From: an uncultured Gemmataceae bacterium
GTDB lineage: Bacteria > Planctomycetota > Planctomycetia > Gemmatales > Gemmataceae
Assembly: GCA_963750165.1 (NCBI GenBank)
Contig: CAVVPN010000003.1
Location: forward strand, 192,001-256,000
Direction: 5' to 3'
Length of the DNA: 64,000 nucleotides
In this document: positions 38,979 through 49,113 of the stretch, one piece after another
Layout of the letters: each line of letters starts with the position of its first letter
Numbering within the stretch: the first letter of the stretch is position 1
Position numbers and translations under genes: made by a program
Notes under the pieces: model-generated
What the model was told of the DNA's origin: nothing
The model's database searches: none
What the model saw: the letters and a program-made list of their open reading frames with translations, nothing else

Positions 38979-39957
38979 CTAATTTTCCCCGGCCAGCACC
39001 CATTCCGCGACGCGGCGCTCGGCCCAGCGGATGCCGCCGGTGCCGTCCCAGCCCAGGAAGCCCAGATGGCCGCCGTGCTCCGCGATCTCCACCTCCATGC
39101 GCGGCCGCGGTGGCAGTTCCTCGAACGGCTCCACCGCGATGAACGGATCGTCACGCGCCGTCACGATCAGTGCCGGCACCGGCAGGCCCGGCAGCAGCGG
39201 CGCTGACGATGCCTGGTGGTAATAGTCCAGCGCGTCGCGGAAGCCCCACAATGGCGCGGTGTGCAGGTCGTCGAACTGGCGCAGCGTCAGGCGGCGCGGG
39301 AACCGCGTCTGCGGGGCGTCGGGGTTACACCACTGCTGGCGGCGCACCAGCTGCACCATGTTGCGGACGAAGTAGCGCTCGTAAAACCGATTGCGCCGCA
39401 GCGACAGCAAGGCGACGCAGCGTTCCATGTCGATGGGCGGCGCCAGCGCGGCGACGCCAGCGAGCTGGGCCAGCGGCTGGACCGCCGCCTCGCCCGCTGT
39501 CTTGAGCACCAGGTTGCCGCCCAGGGAAAAGCCGAGCAGGTACAGCGGCGAGGCCGGACACCAGCGCTGCACCTCCTCCGCGGCGGCACGCACGTCCTGC
39601 GAGCAGGCGCCGGTGTAGGTCTTGCGCCAGGCCCAGGCCGTGGCCGGCGCCGCGCAGGTCCAGGCGGACAACGCGCAGACCATGCGACAGCAGCGCCGCC
39701 GCCGTGCGGACGATGGCGCCGGAGCGGTGCGAACCGCCCAGGCCGTGGACCAGCAGGGCGACGGGTTGGCCGGGCTGCCAGCCGGCGGGCACGCTGTCGT
39801 GCAGCACCAGGCGGTCGCCGTCCGGCAGCGTCAGCAAACAGCGGCGGGCGTGCAGCGACGGCGCCCGGTGGTCGAGCACACGGCCGAGCAGCGTTTGCAC
39901 GTGCGGGTTCCTCAGGAACGGCAGGGGGCGGAAGGGGTAAGACATCATTGGGGTCAC
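38979..39957 (-). CDS. YheT-family alpha/beta hydrolase (frameshift near 39625)
   Basis: NPHVQT, LVHGLGGS, DLRGAG, GFSLGGN, FDD..TAP, DDPFI, GGHLGF. Confidence 0.88.
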
Positions 39958-39973
39958 CTTGGCAGGGCCCCGG

Positions 39974-40243
39974 TTAACCGGGACGGGACAATGGGGCGGT
40001 GGGCGTTGCCGCCGCGGCGGGGCCGAGGTAGCGGAAGCGCGGCACCAGGGCGTCGTTCACGAGCACCTGCTCCTGAAACATCCGCCGCGGCCGCGCACAC
40101 AGCCCTCCGACGCCGTAGAGCGGGCGGTACACCACCAGTTCTTCCTCCGTTTCGCTATGCCGCGCCACGCCGAGCACCTCGTACAATCCTCCCTTGAAGT
40201 GCTGATAGCGGCCGGCCGGCACCTCGGCTTCGGGCATCTCCAT
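39974..40243 (-). CDS. DUF1653-family protein
   Basis: GRYQHFKGGLYEVLGVARHSETEEELVVYRPLYG..ARP..MF; GAGGAG SD. Confidence 0.9.
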   Translation of the reverse strand: MEMPEAEVPAGRYQHFKGGLYEVLGVARHSETEEELVVYRPLYGVGGLCARPRRMFQEQVLVNDALVPRFRYLGPAAAATPTAPLSRPG

Positions 40244-40358
40244 GAACGACTCCTCAGACCGAGCTCCACCACCAATTCCATTTTACCCTACCAGGGCAAG
40301 GCCGAGTGCTTATTCAGCGGATTCTTTTCGGGGCTCGCGGAAAAGGTGAGTGTCCAGC

Positions 40359-40388
40359 ACCCGGCGAGCGCTGCAGCGCTCGCCGGGT
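40359..40388. repeat. Perfect 30-bp palindrome downstream of the split amine oxidase operon
   Basis: ACCCGGCGAGCGCTG|CAGCGCTCGCCGGGT. Confidence 0.85.
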
Positions 40389-40443
40389 TCAGATGAGGTT
40401 CGAGGCTTGCTACCGAAGCGGAATTCCCGATTCCCAGCCCGAT

Positions 40444-40617
40444 CTACCGACCCGCGGACTCGGCCGGCAGGACGCCTTCGCCGTCGCAGCGCGGGCAGTC
40501 GCCGCTGCCCTTGCAGGCGGGGCACTGCGTCTGGGCGCTGTCGCCGCCGCCGGAGCCACCACAGCGGGCGCAGATGCCGCTGCCGTGACACGCCGGGCAG
40601 CTGACCGTTTCGGACAT
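40444..40617 (-). CDS. 57-aa DnaJ-type cysteine-rich zinc-finger protein
   Basis: CPACHGSG, CARCGGSG, CPACKGSG, CPRCDGEG; AAAGGGA SD. Confidence 0.8.
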   Translation of the reverse strand: MSETVSCPACHGSGICARCGGSGGGDSAQTQCPACKGSGDCPRCDGEGVLPAESAGR

Positions 40618-40652
40618 CAGGAGTCCCTTTCCACCGGGCTGCGTTTCCACCC

Positions 40653-41837
40653 TCACGGGAAGTGGGGCGTCTTCTCGAAGACGTTGCGCGGTCGCAGCTC
40701 GAAGCCGCACCACATCGTCAAGGCGACACCGCGGACCTGCATCTGATCGTTCGGGCCGCGGAAGAGGCCGTCCTCATCGCGCGGCAGGTGGTAGCCCGGC
40801 GACATGTACCACAGCACCACATCGGTGTTGGTGATCTTGCGCTTCTGGGCGACGAAGCGCGGCAGGTTGATGTAATGCTGCTCTTCCCACCTGAAGGGCG
40901 TCACCCAGTAGTCGTACTGCGTGAACGCCTCGCCGTTGCCCCAGTGCCGCGGCGTGCCCGGCCGGCTGGGGATCAACTCGTAGCTCATGAAATTGCCCTG
41001 GGCGTTCTTCTTGTTCGACTGGATGCGGACGCGCGTGAACTCGTAAGCGTTCCAGACGACGCCGCCCTCGACGCCCTTGTTGAACAGCTCCACGATGTCG
41101 CCAGCCTGGACGCCGTTGCGCGGCTCCTGCCGCCGCAGCAGATACGCGGTGTTCTTCTTGCCGTCGTTCAGATCGACATCGATGCGCCAGCAGCCGTGGT
41201 GCATGTGGCCGACGTTCTCATGGTTGCCGAGGTTGCGGCCGGTCGAGCCGAGCCGGCAGTGGATGCTGCCGTCACAACGGAAGCTGTATTCCATCAGGTA
41301 ATTGTAATTGCCGGCCCCGAGCGTGCTCCACAACACCAGTTCCTGACCGCGGCGCACCTTGTTGTAATACTTCCACAGGATGCCCGTGTCGCGCAGCTCC
41401 TTGACGGCGAGACCGTTTTCGAGCAGGGTGCCGTTGAGGCCGGCGTCCTCCTTGGTGTGCCGGACCAGCTTGTAATTGCCCTGGGCGCCGATGTCGTAGA
41501 TGCGCGTGCCGTTGTTGTAGGGCACGAAGATTTCGGACAGCCGCAGGTTGTCGAGCACCTTCATCCACTCGGCGTTGGGGCCGGTCTTGAGATAGGCCCC
41601 CATGATGACCAGGCCAGGCCCCGGAGAGACGATCTTGTAGTAGACCTTCCAGGCGGTCTGCATCTGGCCGCCAACGGGGAATTCCTGGACGATTTCAATG
41701 GCGGTCGGATCGATCTGAATGGGTTGCTGCTTGTTCGGCTGCTGCGCCGGTGTGGGCGCGCCCGGCTGCATCAGGACGAACAGCGCCGCCAGTGCCGCGG
41801 CGCCGCACAATCCCAGGGTCAGACGACTGCGAACCAT
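40653..41837 (-). CDS. Secreted stand-alone copper amine oxidase catalytic domain
   Basis: Signal peptide; LSEIFVPY, IYDIG, GAGNYNY, DGSI..RLGSTG, GHMHH, WVTP, DVVLWY, YHLPRDED, FELRPRNVF; AAGGAG SD. Confidence 0.85.
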   Translation of the reverse strand: MVRSRLTLGLCGAAALAALFVLMQPGAPTPAQQPNKQQPIQIDPTAIEIVQEFPVGGQMQTAWKVYYKIVSPGPGLVIMGAYLKTGPNAEWMKVLDNLRLSEIFVPYNNGTRIYDIGAQGNYKLVRHTKEDAGLNGTLLENGLAVKELRDTGILWKYYNKVRRGQELVLWSTLGAGNYNYLMEYSFRCDGSIHCRLGSTGRNLGNHENVGHMHHGCWRIDVDLNDGKKNTAYLLRRQEPRNGVQAGDIVELFNKGVEGGVVWNAYEFTRVRIQSNKKNAQGNFMSYELIPSRPGTPRHWGNGEAFTQYDYWVTPFRWEEQHYINLPRFVAQKRKITNTDVVLWYMSPGYHLPRDEDGLFRGPNDQMQVRGVALTMWCGFELRPRNVFEKTPHFP

Positions 41838-41875
41838 GTGTGGTCTCCTTGTGGTGGGGTGGCTGCGGAGCCCGC

Positions 41876-42494
41876 CTATTTATCCTTGTTGTGTGCCTTG
41901 TCGTTGCGGCGGACCTGCACCTGCTCGGCGGTCAAGTCCACGTCCACGTTGGGGCCGTACAGCAAATAAGCGCGGCCCTCCCGGAAAAAGACGCGGACCA
42001 ACCGATGCTTGTAACCGAACGCCTTCGGCTCGACCGTGAACGCCTGTACCACGTCCACGTCGAACTTTTCCGGGCCGCCGTACTTCGCCAGCGCCTTCTT
42101 CACCTCGACGTTCGCCTTCGCCAGCGCCGGCGCGGCGGACTTCCTCCGGCGCCAGCGACGTGGGGAACTGCGCCAGTTCCTCGACGCCGAGCACCTCCTT
42201 GCGATCCGCGTCGATCCGCGTCAGCAGGGCCGCGTCGCCGTCATAGCGGTAGTGGATGACCAGGGCCTTGCGCGACGGTTTGTCGCCCTGACGGTCCACG
42301 AAGGTTTCCGTGTGCGTCAGATAAACCTTGCCGCGCCACAGTCCCTTGTCCTTGAGGGCCTGCTCGGCCAACTTGACGAGGGCGGCACGGTCGGGGTCGG
42401 CCGGTGGCTGGGGTTGCGCCACCCCCGGCCCGCGCAGTCCAAGGAAGACCCCCAGCGCGAACAACCCGGCGGCGCCGGCCAGCAAGCGTGACAT
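41876..42494 (-). CDS. Secreted protein resembling amine oxidase N2/N3 domains (frameshift near 42130)
   Basis: Signal peptide MSRLLAGAAGLFALGVFLGLRGPGVA; RKALVIHY..TRIDADRKEV..PTSLAPEE..KKALAKYG..VDLTAEQV parallels the tynA N-terminal domains. Confidence 0.65.
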
Positions 42495-42678
42495 GCCAGT
42501 CCCTTCGTGAGAGATCGGAGACGGCCCCGCGCGGGGCGGATGTTTCAGGTATACCCGGCCGCCGCCGCCGCCGCAACTAAAACCTGCGCCGCGGCGCCGC
42601 TTGGACGCGGGCCAGCCTTCGGAATACAGTGGGCAACAGGTCGTCTGCCGCGAATCGTTCGTTTGGAAGGATGCCCCC

Positions 42679-43344
42679 ATGACGCAGCTGATCGACATGG
42701 CCGTCCAGCCCGTCACCGATCTGGATTTCGTGGCCGCCCTGCACCGGATTCTGGGATGCAGCCCCGAGCCGCTGACACCCTCCAAAATCCGCGCCGCTTT
42801 GCCGGCCGCCTGCCGCGCCCTCGGCGACGACGCCCTGGAAGAGGCGTTGCGGCGACAGGTCGCGGCCAACGTGCTGGTGGAGTATCCGCGCTACCGCAGC
42901 CACCAGCCGCGCTACTGGGATCGACCGATAGCGGTCCATGTGGTGGCGCTGATCCGCGCCCAACTCGCCAACCGGCCCCTGGCGCCGTCGGAGTTGCGCC
43001 GCCGCCTGCCGCGGTACGCCCGCGGTCAGGTGGACGCGGCGCTGGCCGACCAGACGGCACAGGGGCTGCTGCACCGCCACCCGCCGCTGGGCCACCGCGG
43101 TGTGCCGCGCTATGGCCTGCAGCCGCCGGATGTCCGCGCCGCGCTGGCGCCACAGTGGACGGCGCTGGTGGCGCGCCTGGCGGCCCAGGGGTTCACGCGG
43201 GTGCAGGTGCGGCAGGCGACGCTGGACCTGCTGCGCGAAGAGGAGTGGGCCGCGCCACCGGCGCAGCGAGCCCGATTGCCCGCTGGCGGACGACGCGGCG
43301 GAAATGTAGAGAATTACCAGTTGCTCCCTTTCCCGGAGGACGTC
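42679..43344 (+). CDS. Hypothetical protein (possible winged-helix repeats); 3' end uncertain, in frame with next gene
   Basis: ATG 42679 after GGAAGGA; EPLTPSKIRAALP and RPLAPSELRRRLP internal repeat. Confidence 0.55.
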
Positions 43345-43974
43345 ATGCGAGTGCGTGTGCTGCTGCTGAGTGTGCTGACCGTCGTGGCGTTGTGGGCGGT
43401 GCCCGCGGCGCGCGGCGGCGACAAGGACGGGTTCTTCAACGGCAAGAATTTCGAGGGCTGGGAGGGCCTGCTGGACCACTGGAGCGTCAAGGACGGCGCC
43501 ATCGTCGGCTCGACCGGGCCGAACGGCATCAAGTTCAACACTTTCCTGTGCAGCAAGAAGAAGTACGGCGACTTCGAGCTGTCGTTCGAGATTCGGCTCA
43601 AGAACGGCGCCGGCAACAGTGGCGTGCAGGTGCGCAGCAAGATCGCGAATCCCAAAACGTTCGCGGTCGCCGGCCCGCAGGCGGACATTGGCGCCAACTA
43701 CTGGGGCAGCCTGTACGGCGAACTCTTCGGCGGCATGATGAAGGAGGCGGACAAGAACTCCGTCAACAGCGTGCTCAAGCCGAAGGACTTCAACCGCTAC
43801 TCCATCAAGTGCGTCGGCAAGCACGTGACCATCAAGGTCAACGATGTGACCACCGTGGACCAGAACTTCGAGAAGATGCCGGCCGACGGCATCATCGCCT
43901 TCCAGCTGCACGCTGGCGGGTCGATGGAGGTCACCTTCCGCAACATTCACTTCAAGGACCTGAGCAAGAAGTAA
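43345..43974 (+). CDS. DUF1080 (3-keto-disaccharide hydrolase-like) secreted protein
   Basis: GGAGG SD, signal peptide, FNGKNFEGW, WSVKDGAIVG, YGDFEL, GNSGVQVR, GIIAFQLH, FRNI. Confidence 0.9.
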   Translation: MRVRVLLLSVLTVVALWAVPAARGGDKDGFFNGKNFEGWEGLLDHWSVKDGAIVGSTGPNGIKFNTFLCSKKKYGDFELSFEIRLKNGAGNSGVQVRSKIANPKTFAVAGPQADIGANYWGSLYGELFGGMMKEADKNSVNSVLKPKDFNRYSIKCVGKHVTIKVNDVTTVDQNFEKMPADGIIAFQLHAGGSMEVTFRNIHFKDLSKK

Positions 43975-43975
43975 C

Positions 43976-44051
43976 AAGAGCCGCCAGGACGCCAGGGAAG
44001 ACAAACAATTGAATTTGTCTTCCCTGGCGTCCTGGCGTCCTGGCGGTTCTT
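43976..44051. repeat. Inverted repeat built of CCTGGCGT 8-mer units (2 units left, 3 right)
   Basis: CCGCCAGGACGCCAGGGAAGACAAA...TTTGTCTTCCCTGGCGTCCTGGCGTCCTGGCGG. Confidence 0.85.
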
Positions 44052-44208
44052 ATCTTTCAAACCCAGTTCACTCCTGCCAGCACGGGCTCAGCGTTTTTCC
44101 CAGGACGCGGGTCAGGCGTTTTTTCGGCTGCCTGTCACAACTGCAATTCAGGCCAGTAACAGATTGGACGGTTGCGACGACCATTCCACCAACTGACAGG
44201 AGCCTGCC

Positions 44209-45147
44209 ATGAACCGTTGGATTCACAAGGGAGTGCTGTTCCTGCTGCTGGGCCTGGTGCTGCTGACGCTGTCCGCTCCGGCCACGGCCTGGGGCCAGAC
44301 CGGGCCGCTGCCCACGAACGCCGCGCCGGCCGACCAGTACGCCGAGGCCAGCAAAGTTCACCTCATTGTGACCGGCTTCGCCACCGGCACCGGCAACGAC
44401 ATCGGGCCGGAATGCCGGGCCGATCTGATCGCCGTCCAGTCTCTGTTCTGCCAGGCGTTCGTCGGCCCGTGGCGCAGCCGCCTGGAGGTCCACGCTCTGT
44501 ACGGCGAAGTCTGGACGGCCGAGCGGGTGCGGCAGTTCCTGCGTGAGGTTCAGGTCGGGGCCAACGACGTGGTGGTGTTTTACCACGCCGGGCACGGGGG
44601 CATCCGCGACGCCGACCGGCCAGTGGAGACGCATGTGCTCCAGGTGAACCGTCAGGAATTCGTGCTCCGGGAAGAGGTCCGCGACCTGTTGCTGGCCCGG
44701 CATTGCCGCGGTGTCATCGTGCTAACCGATTGCTGCAGCACACTGCCCAGCACGCCCCAGGTGGTCGGCCCGGCGCAGGGCCCGGTGCCGGCGCCGCCGT
44801 CCACGGAGCAGGCCGTCGCCCGCCTCAACCGGGCGACCGTCCGCAACCTGTTCCTGCGCTTCCGGGGGCTGGTGGACATCACCGCGGCGGAGGTGGGCCA
44901 GGGCTCGGCCAACGGCAACCTGCTGAATGACTTCGGCGGTGCTCGCGGTGCGTTCACGACCGCCTTCCTGCGGTTGGCCAGTAGCTCGCAGGTGTTCGCC
45001 GGCTGGGCGGACTTTTACCCGGCCCTGCGGGAACTGACCCACACTTCCTCCGGTCGGCGGCATCGAGCCCACGCTTTCGCCCTGCGCGAGGAGACCGCTG
45101 CCGCGCCCGCCAGCGCCGTGCCCGGCACCGGCCCGCTTGCGCAGTGA
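44209..45147 (+). CDS. Secreted caspase-like (C14-fold) peptidase
   Basis: Signal peptide; DVVVFYHAGHG and IVLTDCCS dyad motifs; ITAA, GAFT; CAGGAG SD. Confidence 0.75.
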   Translation: MNRWIHKGVLFLLLGLVLLTLSAPATAWGQTGPLPTNAAPADQYAEASKVHLIVTGFATGTGNDIGPECRADLIAVQSLFCQAFVGPWRSRLEVHALYGEVWTAERVRQFLREVQVGANDVVVFYHAGHGGIRDADRPVETHVLQVNRQEFVLREEVRDLLLARHCRGVIVLTDCCSTLPSTPQVVGPAQGPVPAPPSTEQAVARLNRATVRNLFLRFRGLVDITAAEVGQGSANGNLLNDFGGARGAFTTAFLRLASSSQVFAGWADFYPALRELTHTSSGRRHRAHAFALREETAAAPASAVPGTGPLAQ

Positions 45148-45169
45148 TTCGGAAAGCGCAGTCTGCCCG

Positions 45170-45768
45170 TCATTTCGCCGCGGCGGCCCGCGCGTCGCGG
45201 GCGAGCCAGACCGCGAGCGCGACGCCAGCCAGGACCATCCCCACGCCCAGGGCAATGATCCCGATGGAGGCGGCGGGGTCGGGGGGGCTGCCCCCCTGCT
45301 GGAGCACGACCGCGGGCTGGCCCAGGTTCAACCCCGGGAAGAGCGGCGCGGCGGGTTCATTGACGACGACACCAGTGAAGGTGCGGAGCGACCCGCCGCC
45401 GTTTTCCTGCAACCACCCCGCGGCCCGGCGCGGGGACCGGGGCCGAGTTTACAGATCACGTGGACCGGCTCGTCGGGCCGCCAATCGCGGGGCACCAGGG
45501 GCACGTAGAGCACGGCCTGGTCCTCGGTGTCCTCTGGCCCGCGGGGGACGTTGCGGACCACCGCACGATCCGTCAAGAACACGCCCCGCTCAACCTTGAG
45601 CCAGCGCTGGCCGCCGTACTGGTTGAACGCGGCGATGGCGAGGGCCGTCGGCGCGGCCTCCGCCTGGGCGGCCAGGTAATCGCCCGTGCCGAACCAGACG
45701 GCCACGCCGCCGCCAGCAACCAGGGCGATGATGAGCAAGAGCATTCGCGCTTGCCAGTAAGTCTGCAT
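45170..45768 (-). CDS. Membrane protein with N- and C-terminal TM helices (frameshift near 45420)
   Basis: ORFs 45328..45768 and 45170..45412 join into TM-loop-TM; GGAGAG SD. Confidence 0.6.
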
Positions 45769-46009
45769 GGGGGGACTCTCCAGCGAATTCGCACCGACAC
45801 ACGCTCTGGCCATTGGGACAGGCGCTTTTTTCCCATTGCGGCTAGCAATCGGCGCCGCCAGGCATTACACTACCACAACAAGAAGTCGGGCGTGTACCAC
45901 AACCCCTCCTCGACGCTGCATTCTAACCCGCCCCGCCTTCCGCTCACACCAGCGCGCCCCCAACGCTGCTGCTACCCGGCGGTGCTCCGCCTCCCGTTGA
46001 GACGCAGCC

Positions 46010-47637
46010 ATGAGTCAGCCCGATCCTGCCGCGATGTCCCGGGATGATTTGCTCGCGCTCCTGCGGCAGCTGCAGGCTGATCTCCCGTCGCCGGACACCG
46101 TCCACGACCGTCCGGCGCTGCCGCGCGCCGTCGCCGACCACCTGCCCGGCGTCGTCTTCCAGGCCGTGCGCGGCCCCGACGGCCGGTATCAGTTCAATCA
46201 CGTCAGCGCCGCCATCGAGTTGCTCACGGGCATCCCGGTGGACGACCTGACACGCGACGCTGCCCAGCTGTCCGCGGCGCTGCTGGAGGACGACCGCCTC
46301 CGTGTGGCGGCCGCCTTGGCAGCGGCGCCGGCGGTCCTTGACCTGGAGTTCCGGCTGCGGCACCGAAACGGCGGCGAGCGCTGGGCCCAGCTCCGCGCCG
46401 CGCCACGGTCCCTGCCGGACGGGTCCGTCGTCTGGGACGGCATGTTGCTGGACGTGACCGAGCGCCACCGGACTGAGGACGAGCGGCAGCGGTTGGAGCG
46501 GCAGCAGCAGGAGGCGCAGCGGCAGGAGAGCCTGGGGGTACTGGCGGGCGGCATCGCCCACGACTTCAACAACCTGTTGACCATCATCCTGGGCTATCTG
46601 AACCTGGGCATGTGTGAGTTGCCGCCAGGGGCCGAGGTGACGCGCATGCTCCGCGAGGTGGAGCGCGCCGCCCACCGCGCCGCCGAGTTGACACAGCAAA
46701 TGCTCGCTTACGCTGGCCGCAGCCGCTTTGTGCCGCAGGCCATCGATCTGTCCGCCCTGGTGCGCGAACAGGCCCGGGAATTGCAAACGCTGGTGCCGCC
46801 GCCCGCGATCCTGACTCTGGACCTGGCCGACGACCTGCCGGCCATCGTGGCCGACGCGGCCCACCTGCGCCAGGTGCTCGCCAGCCTGGTTGTCAACGCC
46901 GCCGAGGCGCTGCCACGGGCGCCGGCAGCGTGCGCGTGCGCACCGGCCGGGAGGAACTGGCGGCGGTCGATCCGCACGCCCCGCTGGCGGCGCCGGACGC
47001 CCGGCCGGGGCCGCATGTGGTGCTGGAGGTGTCGGACACCGGCTGCGGCATGACGGCGGAGGTGCTGCCGCGCATCTTCGACCCGTTCTTCACGACCAAG
47101 TTCCTGGGGCGCGGCCTGGGGCTGGCGGCGGTGCTGGGCATCGTCCGCGGCCACCACGGGCTGATCCGCGTGGCCAGCACACCCGGGCAGGGCAGCTGCT
47201 TCCAGGTGCTGCTGCCCTGTCCGGACCCGTCGGAGCGACCGCCGGCGACGCCGCCCGAATCGAGCCGCGCCAGCGGCACGGTCCTGGTGATCGAGGACGA
47301 GGAGGGCATCCGGTATCTGGCCCGGCACATCCTGGAGCGGGCCGGCTATCAGGTGTTGCTGGCGCAGGACGGCCGCCAGGGGGTGGAGATCTTCCGCGAG
47401 CACGGGCTGGACATCGCGCTGGTGCTGCTCGACCTGTCGATGCCGCTGCTGACCGGCGAGGAGACCCTGGCGGAACTGCGGCGGCTGCGGCCGGACGTGC
47501 CCGTGATTCTGATGACCGGCTACTGCGAGGCGGAGGTGGCGGAGCGCTTCGGCAACCAGCCGCCGACCGGCTTCGTGCAGAAGCCCTTCGACGCCAGCCG
47601 GCTGCTGGCGGCGCTGCACCGGGCGTTATTTCGCTGA
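46010..47637 (+). CDS. PAS-domain hybrid histidine kinase/response regulator (frameshift near 46918)
   Basis: GGIAHDFNNLL, VVNAAEA, VSDTGCGM, FDPFFTTK, GRGLGL; receiver VIEDE, LLDLSMP, QKPF. Confidence 0.92.
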
Positions 47638-47651
47638 GCACGGGTCAACGG

Positions 47652-47728
47652 TCAGAGCGCGAGCGCCAGCGCGGGGCCAAGTCTGCCCCGCGCTGGCGCT
47701 CGGGCTCCGATGCGCTCGGGCTCCGATC
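47652..47728. repeat. REP-like palindrome between convergent genes, with duplicated right end
   Basis: GAGCGCGAGCGCCAGCGCGGGGC...GCCCCGCGCTGGCGCTCGGGCTCCGAT, then GCGCTCGGGCTCCGAT again. Confidence 0.8.
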
Positions 47729-47731
47729 CGC

Positions 47732-48925
47732 TCAGCGCCAGCGTGGCAAGTGCGTCGGCGGCACCCACTCGTCGGTGGTGGACCGGCCCGGCGGGCAGGT
47801 CGTGCAGGGCGCCCCTGGCGCACAGCCGTCCGGGCCGCAACCGCTGGGGTTGCACGGCCCCGGACTGAACGGCGCCAGCTTTGGCCCGAGCCACTCGAAG
47901 ATGCCCGGCGTCAGCTGCTTCGCCGTCAGGTAGTCGTGGTGGCCCCAGGGCTCGTAACCCACGCACACCGTCAACCCGCGGCACTTGCACAGGTACAGGA
48001 AACTGTCCACCTGCGTGTGGATGTTAAACTCGTCCTGGCCGGCGTAGGCCACGTACATCGCCAGCTCGCCCTCGTGCAGCCGGTAACGGTCGATCATCTC
48101 GATGGGGTTCTCCCACATCACCTGCTCCAGCGCCTCCGGGCCGCGGCCGAAGATCGGGTCGATGACGCTGCTCAGCTTTAGCGTCAGCAGGCCGCCGTAG
48201 AACTTGGCGATCGCCTCGCGGCGGTGGTCCAGTTGCGTGCGCCAGCCCCAGTGCTTCGGGTCGAAGTTCGAGAAGTAATGGCCGTGGTCGTCCACCCAGC
48301 GCAGGTTCAGCGGCGGAAAGAGTCCGATCACCACGCCGAAAGCGTCGCGGTGCCGGATGCCGTAGTTGAACGCCGCGAAGCCGCCCATCGACAGGCCCGC
48401 CAGCACGTGCGCGTCGCGCTCGTGACGGATCGGATAGTTGTGGCACATGAAGTCCCACACGTCCTGCAGGATGTAGTCCTCGAAGGCCCCCGCCTTGGTG
48501 TTCAGGAAGAAGCTGCCAGCCGTGGAGCATCCCGGCTCGCCGCGGAGACTGCCGTCGGGCGACACGGCGATGAACGGCGGCAATTTGCCGCTGCACATGG
48601 CCGCGTCCAGCTCCGGCGCGACGTGGTGCAGGAACGACTGTTCATCCTGGGCGAAGCCGTGCATCCAGATCATAATCGGATAACGCTGGTGGGGGTCGAA
48701 GTTGGGCGGCAGATAGACGTACATGTCGCGGCGCTGGTAGAGCGCGCGCGACCAGATGCGGTTGTCCGTGCCGTGGTTGGCGGTGTAATCGACGACCCGG
48801 CCGCTGAGGCGCTTGTTGATGACCTCGATTTCGTTGGTGTCCTTGCGCCAGCTCTGGGCGCCGGCCGGGGCCGCCGGCAGCAGCAGCAGCAGCGTCAGGA
48901 CCATGTATCCGCGGATCTTGCTCAC
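47732..48925 (-). CDS. Secreted putative esterase (alpha/beta fold)
   Basis: YVYLPP, RYP...WMHG, AGLSMGG, GHHD; signal peptide; start uncertain (48925 or 48905). Confidence 0.85.
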   Translation of the reverse strand: MSKIRGYMVLTLLLLLPAAPAGAQSWRKDTNEIEVINKRLSGRVVDYTANHGTDNRIWSRALYQRRDMYVYLPPNFDPHQRYPIMIWMHGFAQDEQSFLHHVAPELDAAMCSGKLPPFIAVSPDGSLRGEPGCSTAGSFFLNTKAGAFEDYILQDVWDFMCHNYPIRHERDAHVLAGLSMGGFAAFNYGIRHRDAFGVVIGLFPPLNLRWVDDHGHYFSNFDPKHWGWRTQLDHRREAIAKFYGGLLTLKLSSVIDPIFGRGPEALEQVMWENPIEMIDRYRLHEGELAMYVAYAGQDEFNIHTQVDSFLYLCKCRGLTVCVGYEPWGHHDYLTAKQLTPGIFEWLGPKLAPFSPGPCNPSGCGPDGCAPGAPCTTCPPGRSTTDEWVPPTHLPRWR

Positions 48926-49113
48926 GGCATTGCCCTCGTACAGGAAGACGGTGCGGGCCGAATGGCTTCCATGGGTTCTTTCGGTCGTACGGGCGGCCTG
49001 GCCTGAGCGGCACCGCTGGCGCAACCGCTGCAACTGGCGGACGCGGCGGTAGACCTTGCGGCCGCGGCAAGCCGGGAAGACAGGCGACGGCGGTTTGGGT
49101 ATGCTGGACCGTA

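Noticed and set aside
42601..43974. 457-aa fusion of a hypothetical domain with DUF1080
   Set aside because: The DUF1080 part has its own GGAGG SD and signal peptide at 43345; more likely two genes with a lost stop.
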